DNA of 64,000 nt, from the NCBI GenBank assembly GCA_964016885.1, contig OZ024741.1, positions 83,700,001-83,764,000 of the forward strand, given 5' to 3'. The notes below the pieces were generated by a model. That model saw only the letters and a list, made by a program, of their open reading frames with translations. It was not told the DNA's origin and did not search any database. Shown here in pieces: positions 39,020 to 50,064 of the stretch; the stretch's first letter is position 1; every line of letters starts with the position of its first letter. Source of the DNA: Eledone cirrhosa (lineage: Eukaryota). The position numbers and the translations under genes were made by a program.

Positions 39020-39930
39020 AAAAAAACCCGTTATGAAGAAATACCCGGCTGGTGGCCGGCGGCAAATCGCCGTGTCTCATAGGGAGGACGACCCTTCTAC
39101 TCATGGTTCACACTCGTCATAAGAGTGGTAACTCGAAATAATTAACCCTTGGTAGTTAAGGATAAAACGCAACAAAATAAATCATATGTCAAATAATAAT
39201 AACTCATACCAAATCGGCCGTCACCCGGGTCAACAAGAGCCGTGTCGCTCAGAGAGGAGCCATACTGGAGTCGAAAAATCAGCTAATTGTTCAAACCTTC
39301 CCATCAATTCGGAGCTGGAGACCTCCAACTGATGGCCCTCCATGCTCTCCACCAAGAACTTCAAAAAAAGAAGAGAGAAAAATGGTCAAGGGAAGACAAT
39401 AATGAAGTCCTTGAGGTTTTCTACACTGCCACATACTACCTATCAAATAGATCGAATACAGAATAAACAGATATCAACTGGAACAAGAAACATCCTGAAA
39501 ACAGAGATTATATTGACAGTAAAAACACTAGCTAATATACGAAGAAACATCGTTAAGAAGAAATTACTAACTAACATAGAAATTGATCAGATCAAGCAAT
39601 TAGTGCAACGTTATCGAAGGGAAAATGAAACGTGTCATTGAAAACAAAGTAAATTGTAACACCTTAAATCCCAGGGTGGGTAGTGGAATCACTGACAGCA
39701 GAACAAATTAATGAAAGGTTAAAAAAGTGGAAGGAGTGCATGTTTAAGATGAAACTCAAAATGAAAATAATAAAGAGATCATCAATGATAAAGAAATGAA
39801 TGCCAATGAAGTCGCCAACTTGAAGAATGAAATTATGATTGAATGGATGAAAATGAAAGAATCTGACACGAAGGAACGAGACACCTTCCCTAAGATCCAG
39901 AACTCCAAAATAAAAACTAGAGGATAATAC
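39020..39930 (+). pseudogene. Decayed 5' region of an R4/Dong-like LINE
   Basis: Follows (TAA)n; frames read KWSREDNNEV.. and LANIRRNIVKKKLLTNIEIDQIK, which resemble the N-terminus of R4/Dong ORFs. Confidence 0.5.
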
Positions 39931-40094
39931 GCTTAAAAGTCTTGCTCAGTGGAACATTACGTGTTGAATACTTTATTTCTATAGAATTTAAAGACAAAGT
40001 CCTGCAGAAATCTGTTAGTCTTTTCATAGCATTTACCTTAATTAGCTCAGTTCATATGAAGCTAATTTCTGTTATTCATTAATAACAATTTATG

Positions 40095-40410
40095 TGGTGG
40101 CAACGTGGCCGAATGTTTAGGACGTGAGTCTTACAATCATGTGTAGCATTTAGATCAAGCCTCATTTTCCATGAGCTCAGCTTGACCAAAGTTTGCGACT
40201 GAATTGGCTAGACAAACGGTTTGCAAGTCGTTTCGAAGGGCTGTACTAGTAATTCAAAAAGGCAATTTGTCCCCTATTGTGTCAAGCTGAATCTCCCTGT
40301 GACTAAGTTAAGGGTACACGTATTATGGAATGTTCTCTCATATATGAGCAGGCTGTGCCTTTGATCGAACAAATAGAACACGCATAGTGGACGCTAACGG
40401 AGTACCATTG
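40095..40410 (+). mobile_element. Degenerate tRNA-derived SINE
   Basis: Starts GGTGGCAACGTGGCCGAATGTTTAGG (A-box-like); the remainder is diverged. Confidence 0.4.
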
Positions 40411-40699
40411 CAATAATTTATATCGATTAGGCACAAAGAGCCTTAAGGCATTACAAACAAGTTATTGTCATTCATATATTACTGGTTTACGGATATCGCA
40501 CTCGGCAAAATTGACTTTGCGCTTAGTCTTCTGAGATAGCAGTAACATGATGATAGCTTAAAACATATATAACAATCATATACACACACATATCAGAAAT
40601 ATATATGAATGCATATAAGATAGGTCCATGAACAATAATCATACAAGAGTATTGTTATCAGAAAACAGATAAAGTCTGACATGGGCGAAGTTGCTGTTC

Positions 40700-42450
40700 T
40701 TGCATTAAATGTTAATGGTAAGCGTTGTACCAGTAGCTGTGAACGAAGCTATTATGGTAGTTTACCAGTGCTGGCGAGAAAATGATGGCCTCCCAGATGT
40801 ATTGCCGAATGTGGTATGGAGCCAGGAAAAAATGGCTTGTTGCTTCGATAAGGAAAAAAAAGCAAGTTGAATCTGTAGGTGGGTTGCAGTTCCATGTAAT
40901 ACAGCAAAGAAAATGTGTGCGTGCGGTCAATATACAATGATAGAGAGAAATGAATTTCCATATAATACAGGTTAAAAAAAATAAATGTTCAAAATAAATG
41001 CCTGAAAAAAAAAAGGAAGAAAGAAAGAATTGTTGTTAAAGCAAAGTCACAATGAATCTTCTGTAGAGTCGAAGTCTAGCGTTGAAGAACCTAGCGTCAC
41101 CGATATGGCAGCCATGTCTGACGCCATAATGGTGAGAAAACTAATGTCTTAATTTCTCGAGTCCTTGTGGTAACGAGACAGAAGGTATGGTGGTTGCGTC
41201 GGTAAAGTTACAAGCCGTTTCCTGGTGTTGGTTAATATAGCCATGTGTTGCCGCTGATGGCTGTTACTTGGTGGTAGCTGTTTTGAAATCTCCTCGTGGC
41301 GTAAAGTTTTGGAAATACTGCTAATTTTTTTCTCTAAAAAAATTCTAAAGAAAAAAAATGATCTTCCATGATGGCTGATCGAAAAATGTGTCCGTGATGA
41401 AGAAGCCGTCATGTAGCACGATGTGGCCAATCAGATGGCTTGGATCGAAGAAGACAAGCTGAACGCGGAAAAAAACAATTTTCGAGTCTCCATTTGCAAT
41501 TTCAACAGAACGTTGAAAGCAAAATTCTATATCCAGAGAAATTCTTTTTTTTTTTTTTTTTTTGTTTCTGTCTCTATTAAACTATGCTCGCAATAATAAT
41601 TTTCAATCGAAAAGAGAAATTGTTTGTTAGACGTCGAAAAAAAACGCTTTCTTTTGTGTTGTATGTTTTGGTTCGTCTGTATGCGTGAGTCAGCAGAACG
41701 TTATGACAGAAATATTGTGCAGGTCGTGTGCTTCAACAAATGGAATATTATGAATTATTTGGACTTACGCTAAGCGAGTCTAGCAACCCGATTCGAATAT
41801 TCCCAATGTTAAGCCACTCCATATTGCCGTTAAAACGAATGGCGAATTCAAACAGGCTGCGTTTTCATTCTTTATCGTCGAGGGTCACCAATAAAGGAAA
41901 GGAATGTTTCTCTTTGTCGAATATAAGTCACCAATTTGGTGAAAGATGTATTGTCACCATATTTGGTTGAAGATGTAAATTCCAATTCAGCGGAGAAGTA
42001 TTTAGAAGTTGGCACGGTTACCACGAGGAACCAGGTTTGGTAGAAAGATATAATAGGAATATCGACAACGACTTTTAGCTTGGTTTTACATTATTTATTA
42101 ACGGAGGTTGAGCTGGCATGCCAAGAGAAATTAAACAAACGAATTAAGATTCCAGAAAGACACGGGCTACAGGCTGAGAGAAGCGTTGCCAGGCCGTGGT
42201 TAAATTGTTGTGTTACATATTGGCTAGTGATTTCACGGCGCCAGAAAAATGGTTGTTTACCTTAGCACGGTCGAAGCTGCGAGTCTTTTAGCCTGGAAGA
42301 GGTGGCGTCCTCAAATCTTTGCGGGCTATTTCTCCCTCAGAATGCGTAGGGATACATCCTCTTCTACTGGCGCTGATTGGCTGAGCTGAGCCAAATCACG
42401 CACAGAGAATGTATGTGAGCCCGCGGAATGTAGGTAACTACAATATATTA
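40700..42450. promoter_or_regulatory. Non-repetitive, relatively CpG-rich segment; candidate promoter / 5' end of a host gene
   Basis: CCAAT boxes (GGCCAATCAG ~41426, CTGATTGGC ~42373), several GCCAT/ATGGC YY1-like words, and more CpG than the flanks by eye. Confidence 0.35.
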
Positions 42451-43823
42451 CCAATAACTGCCAGGTAGGTATAATCAACTATTTACCTTTAACAAATATG
42501 GTTCCTTGTGTTTATATTAGAAGGCAATACGTTGCTGGGTCTTATTTTAGACTCGAAGATGATAAAAAAGTAAAATCTCAGAGATGTGCGTCACCTCACA
42601 AACACGGTTTCTGCATTAAACCACACTAATTTAATGAATTCACTTGATTGAACCACATTAACCGTCGAAATTGACGAAAATTCATATTTGCTTTAAGAAA
42701 TGAAAAATATTTCATAATTTCGAGTGCTACTTGTATGTGGTGGTACGTGTTTAACAGCTAGAGTGTATGTTTGATAATCGTTTGTTCGGTTGCCGGCTAC
42801 GAGATGTGTCTTTCATGCTGAATTTCTTGCACGTTACGTCCCTAGCACTCTGTTTTGTTGATTATATCAACTGAAGCACTCATCCCTAGAAATGAATGAG
42901 GTGCTACACACATACACATTGCTCGTACATATATAATAATTGTGAGTGGAAAACATATAGTTGATACATGATTTATTTGTTAAAGAAGCGTGTTTCAGTT
43001 AATTTAGCCTCTGCAGACATCGTTATCTAAAAACCTCCTTCTTCCCCGGCATCGAAAATTTCTAAAAGTAATTGTTTATAATATGCGTGAACGAATGAGT
43101 ATCTTTAGATGAATTAGTTTCTGTTAATGAATTAAAATTTCGCTTCTCAAAGATAATTGTTGGTAATTAATATCGAATTGCTTTTTTTCAAATTTTCATA
43201 TGATTAATATATAATTATTTTAAAATGTTCTATGTAAAAATATACCAACACATGAAGTGGAAAACATAACAGAAAATTACGATAAAGACATTTTCAAAGT
43301 TATAGATAACTAGAATATTCTCAATTAATTTGGAAAGACTTGAAAACAAAACACAAAATAATAATTCTTTTAATAAGCGTCTTTCATGAAGATAAATATT
43401 CTGTAACCAAAATATTGAAATCCATATTTAAAAAAAAGACATAAACGAGTCACACAGCCGCGAATAATGTGACTAATATCCAAATATGACTAATCAACTG
43501 TTCGGCTAAGTGTCTCGTATATAATGTTAAGTCAGTATTAGATAGGAACAAATAAGGCTGCGTGTATAGTTAAGAATTTCTCTTCTCCAAACCGCTTGAT
43601 TATATGTTCCATTTAACTAATGCGGCTCCATGGGTGAAAATGTTTGTATATATACAGTGTGCATAAACATCCAAAGTATAATATTAAAACATAACAATTA
43701 AATCAAAAGAAAAAATTAAATTTGAATAAATATCAAATGAAAAAATGTAATGTGGCCTTTACAAATAAGCTACAACGGGAAAATATGATGGAACTATAAT
43801 GTGTATATATATATTATTATTGC

Positions 43824-43877
<54 letters not shown>

Positions 43878-43881
<4 letters not shown>

Positions 43882-45685
43882 TGTATATATAGTGTATTTT
43901 ACAATACACTTTATGCTTAATTAAAAGCATTTTGAAGACCGTATGCTATTGTTTTAGAGTAGTGACAGACTCACTTACTTTAATCTCAGCAAACAGAAGG
44001 AGATGAAGCTGACAAGGACTTGTTTCTGCATTTGTTGATACTCATCAAAGCCAAGTACTCCCCCGTCTGCTGAGATTACGGATGTTATTTTCTTATAGAA
44101 TTCTAGTAAATAATCAGGAACTGATTATACAGAGCGGGTGCCGGTCAAGCAGAAATTACAAATTAGAATTGGTGCTCTGAAATAGCCATATATATATGAA
44201 TGTATATATAGTGTATTTTGCAATAGACTTTATGCTTAATTAAAAGCATTTTGAAGACCGTATGCTATTGTTTTAGAGTATTGACAGACTCACTTATTTT
44301 AATCTCAGCAAACAAGGCGAGATAAAGCTGACAAGGCCTTGTTTCTGCATTTGTTGATACTCATCAAAGCCAAGTACTCCCCCATCTGCTGAGATTACGG
44401 ATGCTATTTTCTTATAGAATTTTGCTTGACCAGCAACCGCTCTGTATAATCAGTTCCTGATTATTTACTAGAATTCTATAAGAAAATAACATCCGTAATC
44501 TCAGCAGACGGGAGAGTACTTGGCTTTGATGAGCATCAACAAATGCAGAAACAAGGCCTTGTCAGCTTTATCTCCCCCTGTTTGCTGCGATTAAAGTAAG
44601 TGAGTCTGTCACTACTCTAAAACAATAGCATACGGTCTTCAACATGCTTTTAATTAAGCATAAAGTGTATTGCAAAATACACTATATATACATTCATATA
44701 TATATATGGCTATTTCAGAGCACCAATTCTAATTTTTAATTTCTGCTTGACCGGCAACCGCTCTGTATAGTCAGTTCCTGATTATTTACTAGAATTCTAT
44801 AAGAAAATAATATCTGTAATCTCAGCAGACAGGGGATTACTTGACTTTGTTGAACATCAACAAATGCAGAAACAAGACCTGGTCAGCTTTATCTCCCCCT
44901 GTTTGCTGAGATTAAAGTAAGTGAGTCTGTCACTACTCTAAAACAATAGCATTCGGTCTTCAAAATGCTTTTAATTAAGCATAAAGTCTATTGCAAAATA
45001 CACTATATATACACATTCATATATATATGGCTATTTCAGAGCACCAATTCTAATTTTTAATTTTTGCTTGGCCGGCAACCGCTCTGTATAATCAGTTCCT
45101 GATTATTTACTAGAATTCTATAAGAAAATAACATCCGTAATCTCAGCAGACGGGTCAGTACTTGGCTTTGATGAGCATCAACAAATGCAGAAACAAGGCC
45201 TTGTCAGCTTTATCTCCCCCTGTTTGCTGCGATTAAAGTAAGTGAGTCTGTCACTACTCTAAAACAATAGCATACGGTCTTCAACATGCTTTTAATTAAG
45301 CATAAAGTGTATTGCAAAATACACTAGATATACATTCATATATATATGGCTATTTCAGAGCACCAACTCTAATTTTTAATTTCTGCTTGACAGGCAACAG
45401 CTCCGTATAATCAGTTCCTGATTATTTACTAGAATTCTATAAGAAAATAACATCCGTAATCTCAGCAGACGGGGGAGTACTTGGCTTTGATAAGTATCAA
45501 CAAATGCAGAAACAAGGCATTGTCAGCTTTATCTCCCCCTGTTTGCTGAGATTAAAGTAAGTGAGTCTGTCACTACTCTAAAACAATAGCATACGGTCTT
45601 CAAAATGCTTTTAATTAAGCATAAAGTGTATTGCAAAATACACTATATATACATTCATATATATATAGCTATTTCAGAGCACCAA

Positions 45686-45691
<6 letters not shown>
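43878..45691. mobile_element. Hammerhead-bearing tandem array, family C (319-321 bp monomers, inversion at ~44420); retrozyme-like
   Basis: About 1.7 monomers on the minus strand, then about 4 on the plus strand; flanked by (TA)n; one ribozyme-like motif per monomer. Confidence 0.82.
44522..44567 (+). ncRNA. Variant type I hammerhead (family C); other copies at 44007-44052(-), 44326-44371(-), 44843-44888, 45164-45209 and 45483-45528
   Basis: GGCT-TTGATGA-GCAT-CAACAA-ATGC-A-GAAAC-AAGGCCTT-GTC-AGCT; U replaces C3, extra A before GAAA, palindromic ACAAGGCCTTGT stem III, long distal stem I. Confidence 0.7.
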
Positions 45692-45738
<47 letters not shown>

Positions 45739-46022
45739 GAATAACGAAACGAAATTAAATTTCGCTTCGTTTGTAACTCACTTTTGTATGACTGACGCTT
45801 AAACAATTAAGTTAAAAATGTACATCCACATATGTATACTGAAATACTAGTATGCATATGAATACACACACGTGTACATATGTAGATGTACCGAGTTTTT
45901 CACTGGACACTTTACTGTGAGTGTTCAGTTAGTCTGTATGTAAACACAGACAAACCGGTTTTTAGAGTCATACTGGTTTTCGAGGAAACACCTTTCCTCT
46001 CTTCTCCAGAAAGCCAGACAGG

Positions 46023-46067
46023 AATATTGGACTAGTTTCGATGTTGTTACATCTCATCAGCAATATT
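46023..46067 (-). ncRNA. Type I hammerhead ribozyme (family A)
   Basis: Reverse complement of AATATTG-CTGATGA-GATGT-AACA-ACATC-GAAAC-TA-GTC-CAATATT. Confidence 0.9.
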
Positions 46068-46486
46068 TACCTATCCTCCGGCCTTTCTAGAGAATCGTAA
46101 AAGCACATATCGTTATATGCTTTATCTATGAAAATTAGTAGTGGGCAGACTAATTTGCATAGAGCGTGAGTACGTACCGGTTCAGCGGAGACGATAAAAA
46201 CAAATAACGAAACGAAATTAAATTTCGCTTCGTTTGTAACTCACTTTTGTATGACTGACGCTTAAACAAGTAAGTTAAAAAATGTACATCCACATATGTA
46301 TACTGAAATACTAGTATGCATATGAATACACACACGTGTACATATGTAGATGTACCGAGTTTTTCACTGGACACTTTACTGTGAGTGTTCAGCTAGTCTG
46401 TATGTAAACACAGACAAAGCGGTTTTAAGAGTCATACTGGTTTTCGAGGAAACACCTTTCCTCTCTTCTGCAGAAAGCCAGACAGG

Positions 46487-46531
46487 AATATTGGACTAGT
46501 TTCGATGTTGTTACATCTCATCAGCAATATT
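46487..46531 (-). ncRNA. Type I hammerhead ribozyme (family A)
   Basis: Same motif, 464 bp from the previous copy. Confidence 0.9.
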
Positions 46532-46727
46532 TACCTATCCTCCGGCCTTTCTAGAGAATCGTAAAAGCACATATCATTATATGCTTTTTCTATGAAAATT
46601 AGTAGTGGGCAGACTAATTTGCATAGAGCGTGAGTACGTACCGGTTCAGCGGAGACGATAAAAACAAATAACGAAACGAAATTAAATTTCGCTTCGTTTG
46701 TAACTCACTTTTGTCGGAGGATAGGTA

Positions 46728-46772
46728 AATATTGCTGATGAGATGTAACAACATCGAAACTAGTCCAATATT
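46728..46772 (+). ncRNA. Type I hammerhead ribozyme (family A)
   Basis: Canonical core CUGAUGA/GAAAC/GUC with perfect stems I and II. Confidence 0.9.
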
Positions 46773-47191
46773 CCTGTCTGGCTTTCTGGAGAAGAGAGGA
46801 AAGGTGTTTCCTCGAAAACCAGTATGACTCTAAAAACCGGTTTGTCTGTGTTTACATACAGACTAGCTGAACACTCACAGTAAAGTGTCCAGTGAAAAAC
46901 TCGGGACATCTACATATGTACACGTGTGTGTATTCATATGCATACTAGTATTTCAGTATACATATGTGGATGTACATTTTTTAACTTAATTGTTTAAGCG
47001 TCAGTCATACAAAAGTGAGTTACAAACGAAGCGAAATTTAATTTCGTTTCGTTATTTGTTTTTATCGTCTCCGCTGAACCGGTACGTACTCACGCTCTAT
47101 GCAAATTAGTCTGCCCACTACTAATTTTCATAGAAAAAGCATATAATGATATGTGCTTTTACGATTCTCTAGAAAGGCCGGAGGATAGGTA

Positions 47192-47236
47192 AATATTGCT
47201 GATGAGATGTAACAACATCGAAACTAGTCCAATATT
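47192..47236 (+). ncRNA. Type I hammerhead ribozyme (family A)
   Basis: Same motif, 464 bp downstream. Confidence 0.9.
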
Positions 47237-47933
47237 CCTGTCTGGCTTTCTGGAGAAGAGAGGAAAGGTGTTTCCTCGAAAACCAGTATGACTCTAAAAA
47301 CCGGTTTGTCTGTGTTTACATACAGACTAGCTGAACACTCACAGTAAAGTGTCCAGTGAAAAACTCGGTACATCTACATATGTACACGTGTGTGTATTCA
47401 TATGCATACTAGTATTTCAGTATACATATGTGGATGTACATTTTTTTAACTTAATTATATATATATATATATATATGTATGTATATATATATATGTGTGT
47501 GTGTGTGCGTGTGTGTGAGTTTGTGTGTGTGTCTGTGTCTGTGTCTGTGTCTGTGTGTATGTGTGCTTATGCGTGCGTGCGTTTGTGTGTGTGCACATAC
47601 ATGCATACATGCATACATAATATCCTGAGCATACACCAAATGACTGGCTCCACAAATAAAAGACTGAGGAAATATGATAACTGACGCTCAAACATCATAT
47701 ATGCAATGTGCAATAGCTCATCTACTACACTTTGTTCTCAAATTGTTAAAAGTAATACCACATCACACAAACAACAGCCTCTAATGCACATTAAAGTGAT
47801 TTTATCTAGAACAAAAGTAGCTGGTTCTCAAAGGAAAAAATGCATGCAATGGTTTATTTACCACACTTTATTATGAATCAACTAAAAGATAACACCAAGC
47901 TATAGTTTATACACCCAATACAAACAAACAAAG

Positions 47934-47935
<2 letters not shown>

Positions 47936-48012
<77 letters not shown>
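47936..48012. repeat. (CA)n microsatellite
   Basis: Seen directly. Confidence 0.98.
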
Positions 48013-48016
<4 letters not shown>

Positions 48017-48489
48017 TGACTTCCGAAAAGATAAGTTCAATGGTGTGTTTTGCAAAATTATACTTTGATTTCTTTTTATCTTTCAATATTTTTAAAGATA
48101 AAATACACAGAGTATATGCAGCTCCAGTGATTCTGATCTATTCTAAATATTTACATGTGTAGTTGTTCTTTAATTGTTTTTCTGTGTCTGCATGTATATT
48201 TATAAGTAGATTTTATTATGCGCTTTGTGGGGGAGGAAATGTCAGTGCAATTACAATTTTTAATGATTGAAACCGTAGAAGATCTGAAACGAATTCTTAC
48301 ATCTGATTGAAAAGAGCAGATGCGGTGGCTAAAGTAGGTGGCGGATTATGTTAATCACTGAAAACGAAGAACAAAAAGAGCCGGACGAATTATCAGAATA
48401 CATCTGGTGCGATGCTCTAAAAATTCCGTCATCCGACATCACGAGCTGGCACTTTATTTTATCAACCCCAAATTGTTAAAACAAAGTTG

Positions 48490-49690
48490 TATTGCTTTAC
48501 ACATATTCTTCACTAGATATTTTTGTCATTCTACAACAGATATCTTATAAAGGTTTTCATGTTGCCTACTACACGCATTTTCCTGTAAATGAAATTTTTA
48601 TTGTGTCCCATTTTCTATGGTGCACTCTATCACAGTTAATATTATCGTTGTCTTTTTCTGTCTAGTCTTGCAGCTAACTTTGAATATTGTGAGGGTATCC
48701 TATTACTGGAGCAGCGAGAGTATTCATGATTATCTTCATTGTGCATGGCATTTCTCTGTTTTCCATATTAATCCAATCATTCTATATATCTTCTTATGCT
48801 TTTCCCCTAATTTTTCTGAGATGTACTTTGTGATTTTCTCAGATTTATTATCTAATATGATATTAATGCTCTTCATTAATGTTTCTCTCTTCAAGATTAC
48901 GATGCCACATTATTCTAATTAATCTTCCTCTGATAATTGAATGTGTTATACGCACTATTGTTCCATGATGATTAGCACTAGCAGCGAACAACTTGAGGTC
49001 GCCCAGATACAAACGATAAATTATTTTCTATTGAATTTCTATCCGAATCCTGTCCAGGTTTTCATTTCTGTTAAATGTACAAGTGCCATAGAGAAAATAA
49101 ATGGAGATAGACAGAGTTCTCTTTGTACATCCATGTTGTAATGTAGATGGTTTTCTATATATCTTATGTCATGTATCATGAATGTTTTAAATTATTGATT
49201 CTTTCTTACTCATAGATAGTGTTTCGACGATCCAGCTGTGGGAAATACTGTCAAACGCCTTCTGTTACTCAATCCTTTTCTTTTCGTGTAGCCTCTGTTA
49301 GCGCATCTTTAGCCAGTTGCTGATCTTTGCAGCAAACCCAGTATTTAATTGCTTTGTGCGCTACTATTACAGTTAAGAGATTGTAGGCTGCTCGAAGCCA
49401 GATGATGGGTGTATAATTTTGTTGGATTATTGTTTCCTTAACTTTGGCTTTTAAAATAGATTTCATCTCAGTGAAGCAGATGGTTTTACAGAAGTTTGGA
49501 ATAGTATCATGTTATGGTACTTTCTATTTCATTCTTTTTGCAGTTTCTGTGCTTCTTTCCTATATTGCTACGGCTTCCCACACTTTTATTAGATGCTATA
49601 TTCCTTGTTTTGAACAATCGCATCCTTGATGTTTGCATCGCGGTATATGCTACTCTCTACAAAATATTCTGTTTCCCTTGCTCTTCGTTC
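48490..49690 (-). pseudogene. Heavily decayed LINE reverse transcriptase fragment
   Basis: Minus strand contains AAGGCGTTTGACAGTATT (KAFDSI) and remnants of flanking RT motifs; many stops. Confidence 0.5.
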
Positions 49691-49723
49691 CTTTTTGCTT
49701 TCTATTATTATTATTATCATTAT

Positions 49724-49938
49724 GGTGGATTGGCAGTATCGGTAGAGGGTCGGACGCCATGTTTTGCAGCATAGGGTTATAGCCCTTTATGATATGAGTT
49801 TTAAATCCCGCCGAGGTTAACTTTGCCTTTCATCCTTACGGGGTTGATAAAATAAAGTACCAGTCACGTGCTGGGGTCAATTTAATCGACTTTCATCTCC
49901 GCCAAAATTGCTGGCCTTGTGTCTATATAAGAAACCAT
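49724..49938 (+). mobile_element. Nin-domain SINE, full length (plus a 3' fragment at 49958-50018)
   Basis: GGTGGATTGGCAGTATCGGTAGA A-box, GAGTTTTAAATCC B-box, Nin core and (ATT)n tail. Confidence 0.85.
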
Positions 49939-50064
49939 TATTATTATTTTTTTTTTATAAATAAAGTACCAGTAATGCACTGGTTAATTGCTGGCCTTGT
50001 GCCTAAAGTAGAAACAATTATTATTATTATTTTTTTTTTTGTTGCTGTTTTTGTTGTTGTTATT

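Larger units (their letters stand above)
45735..47456. mobile_element. Hammerhead-bearing tandem array, family A, array 2 (464-bp monomers, inversion at ~46714)
   Basis: About 2.1 monomers on the minus strand, then about 1.6 on the plus strand; homologous to 4441-6227; flanked by (TA)n. Confidence 0.87.
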
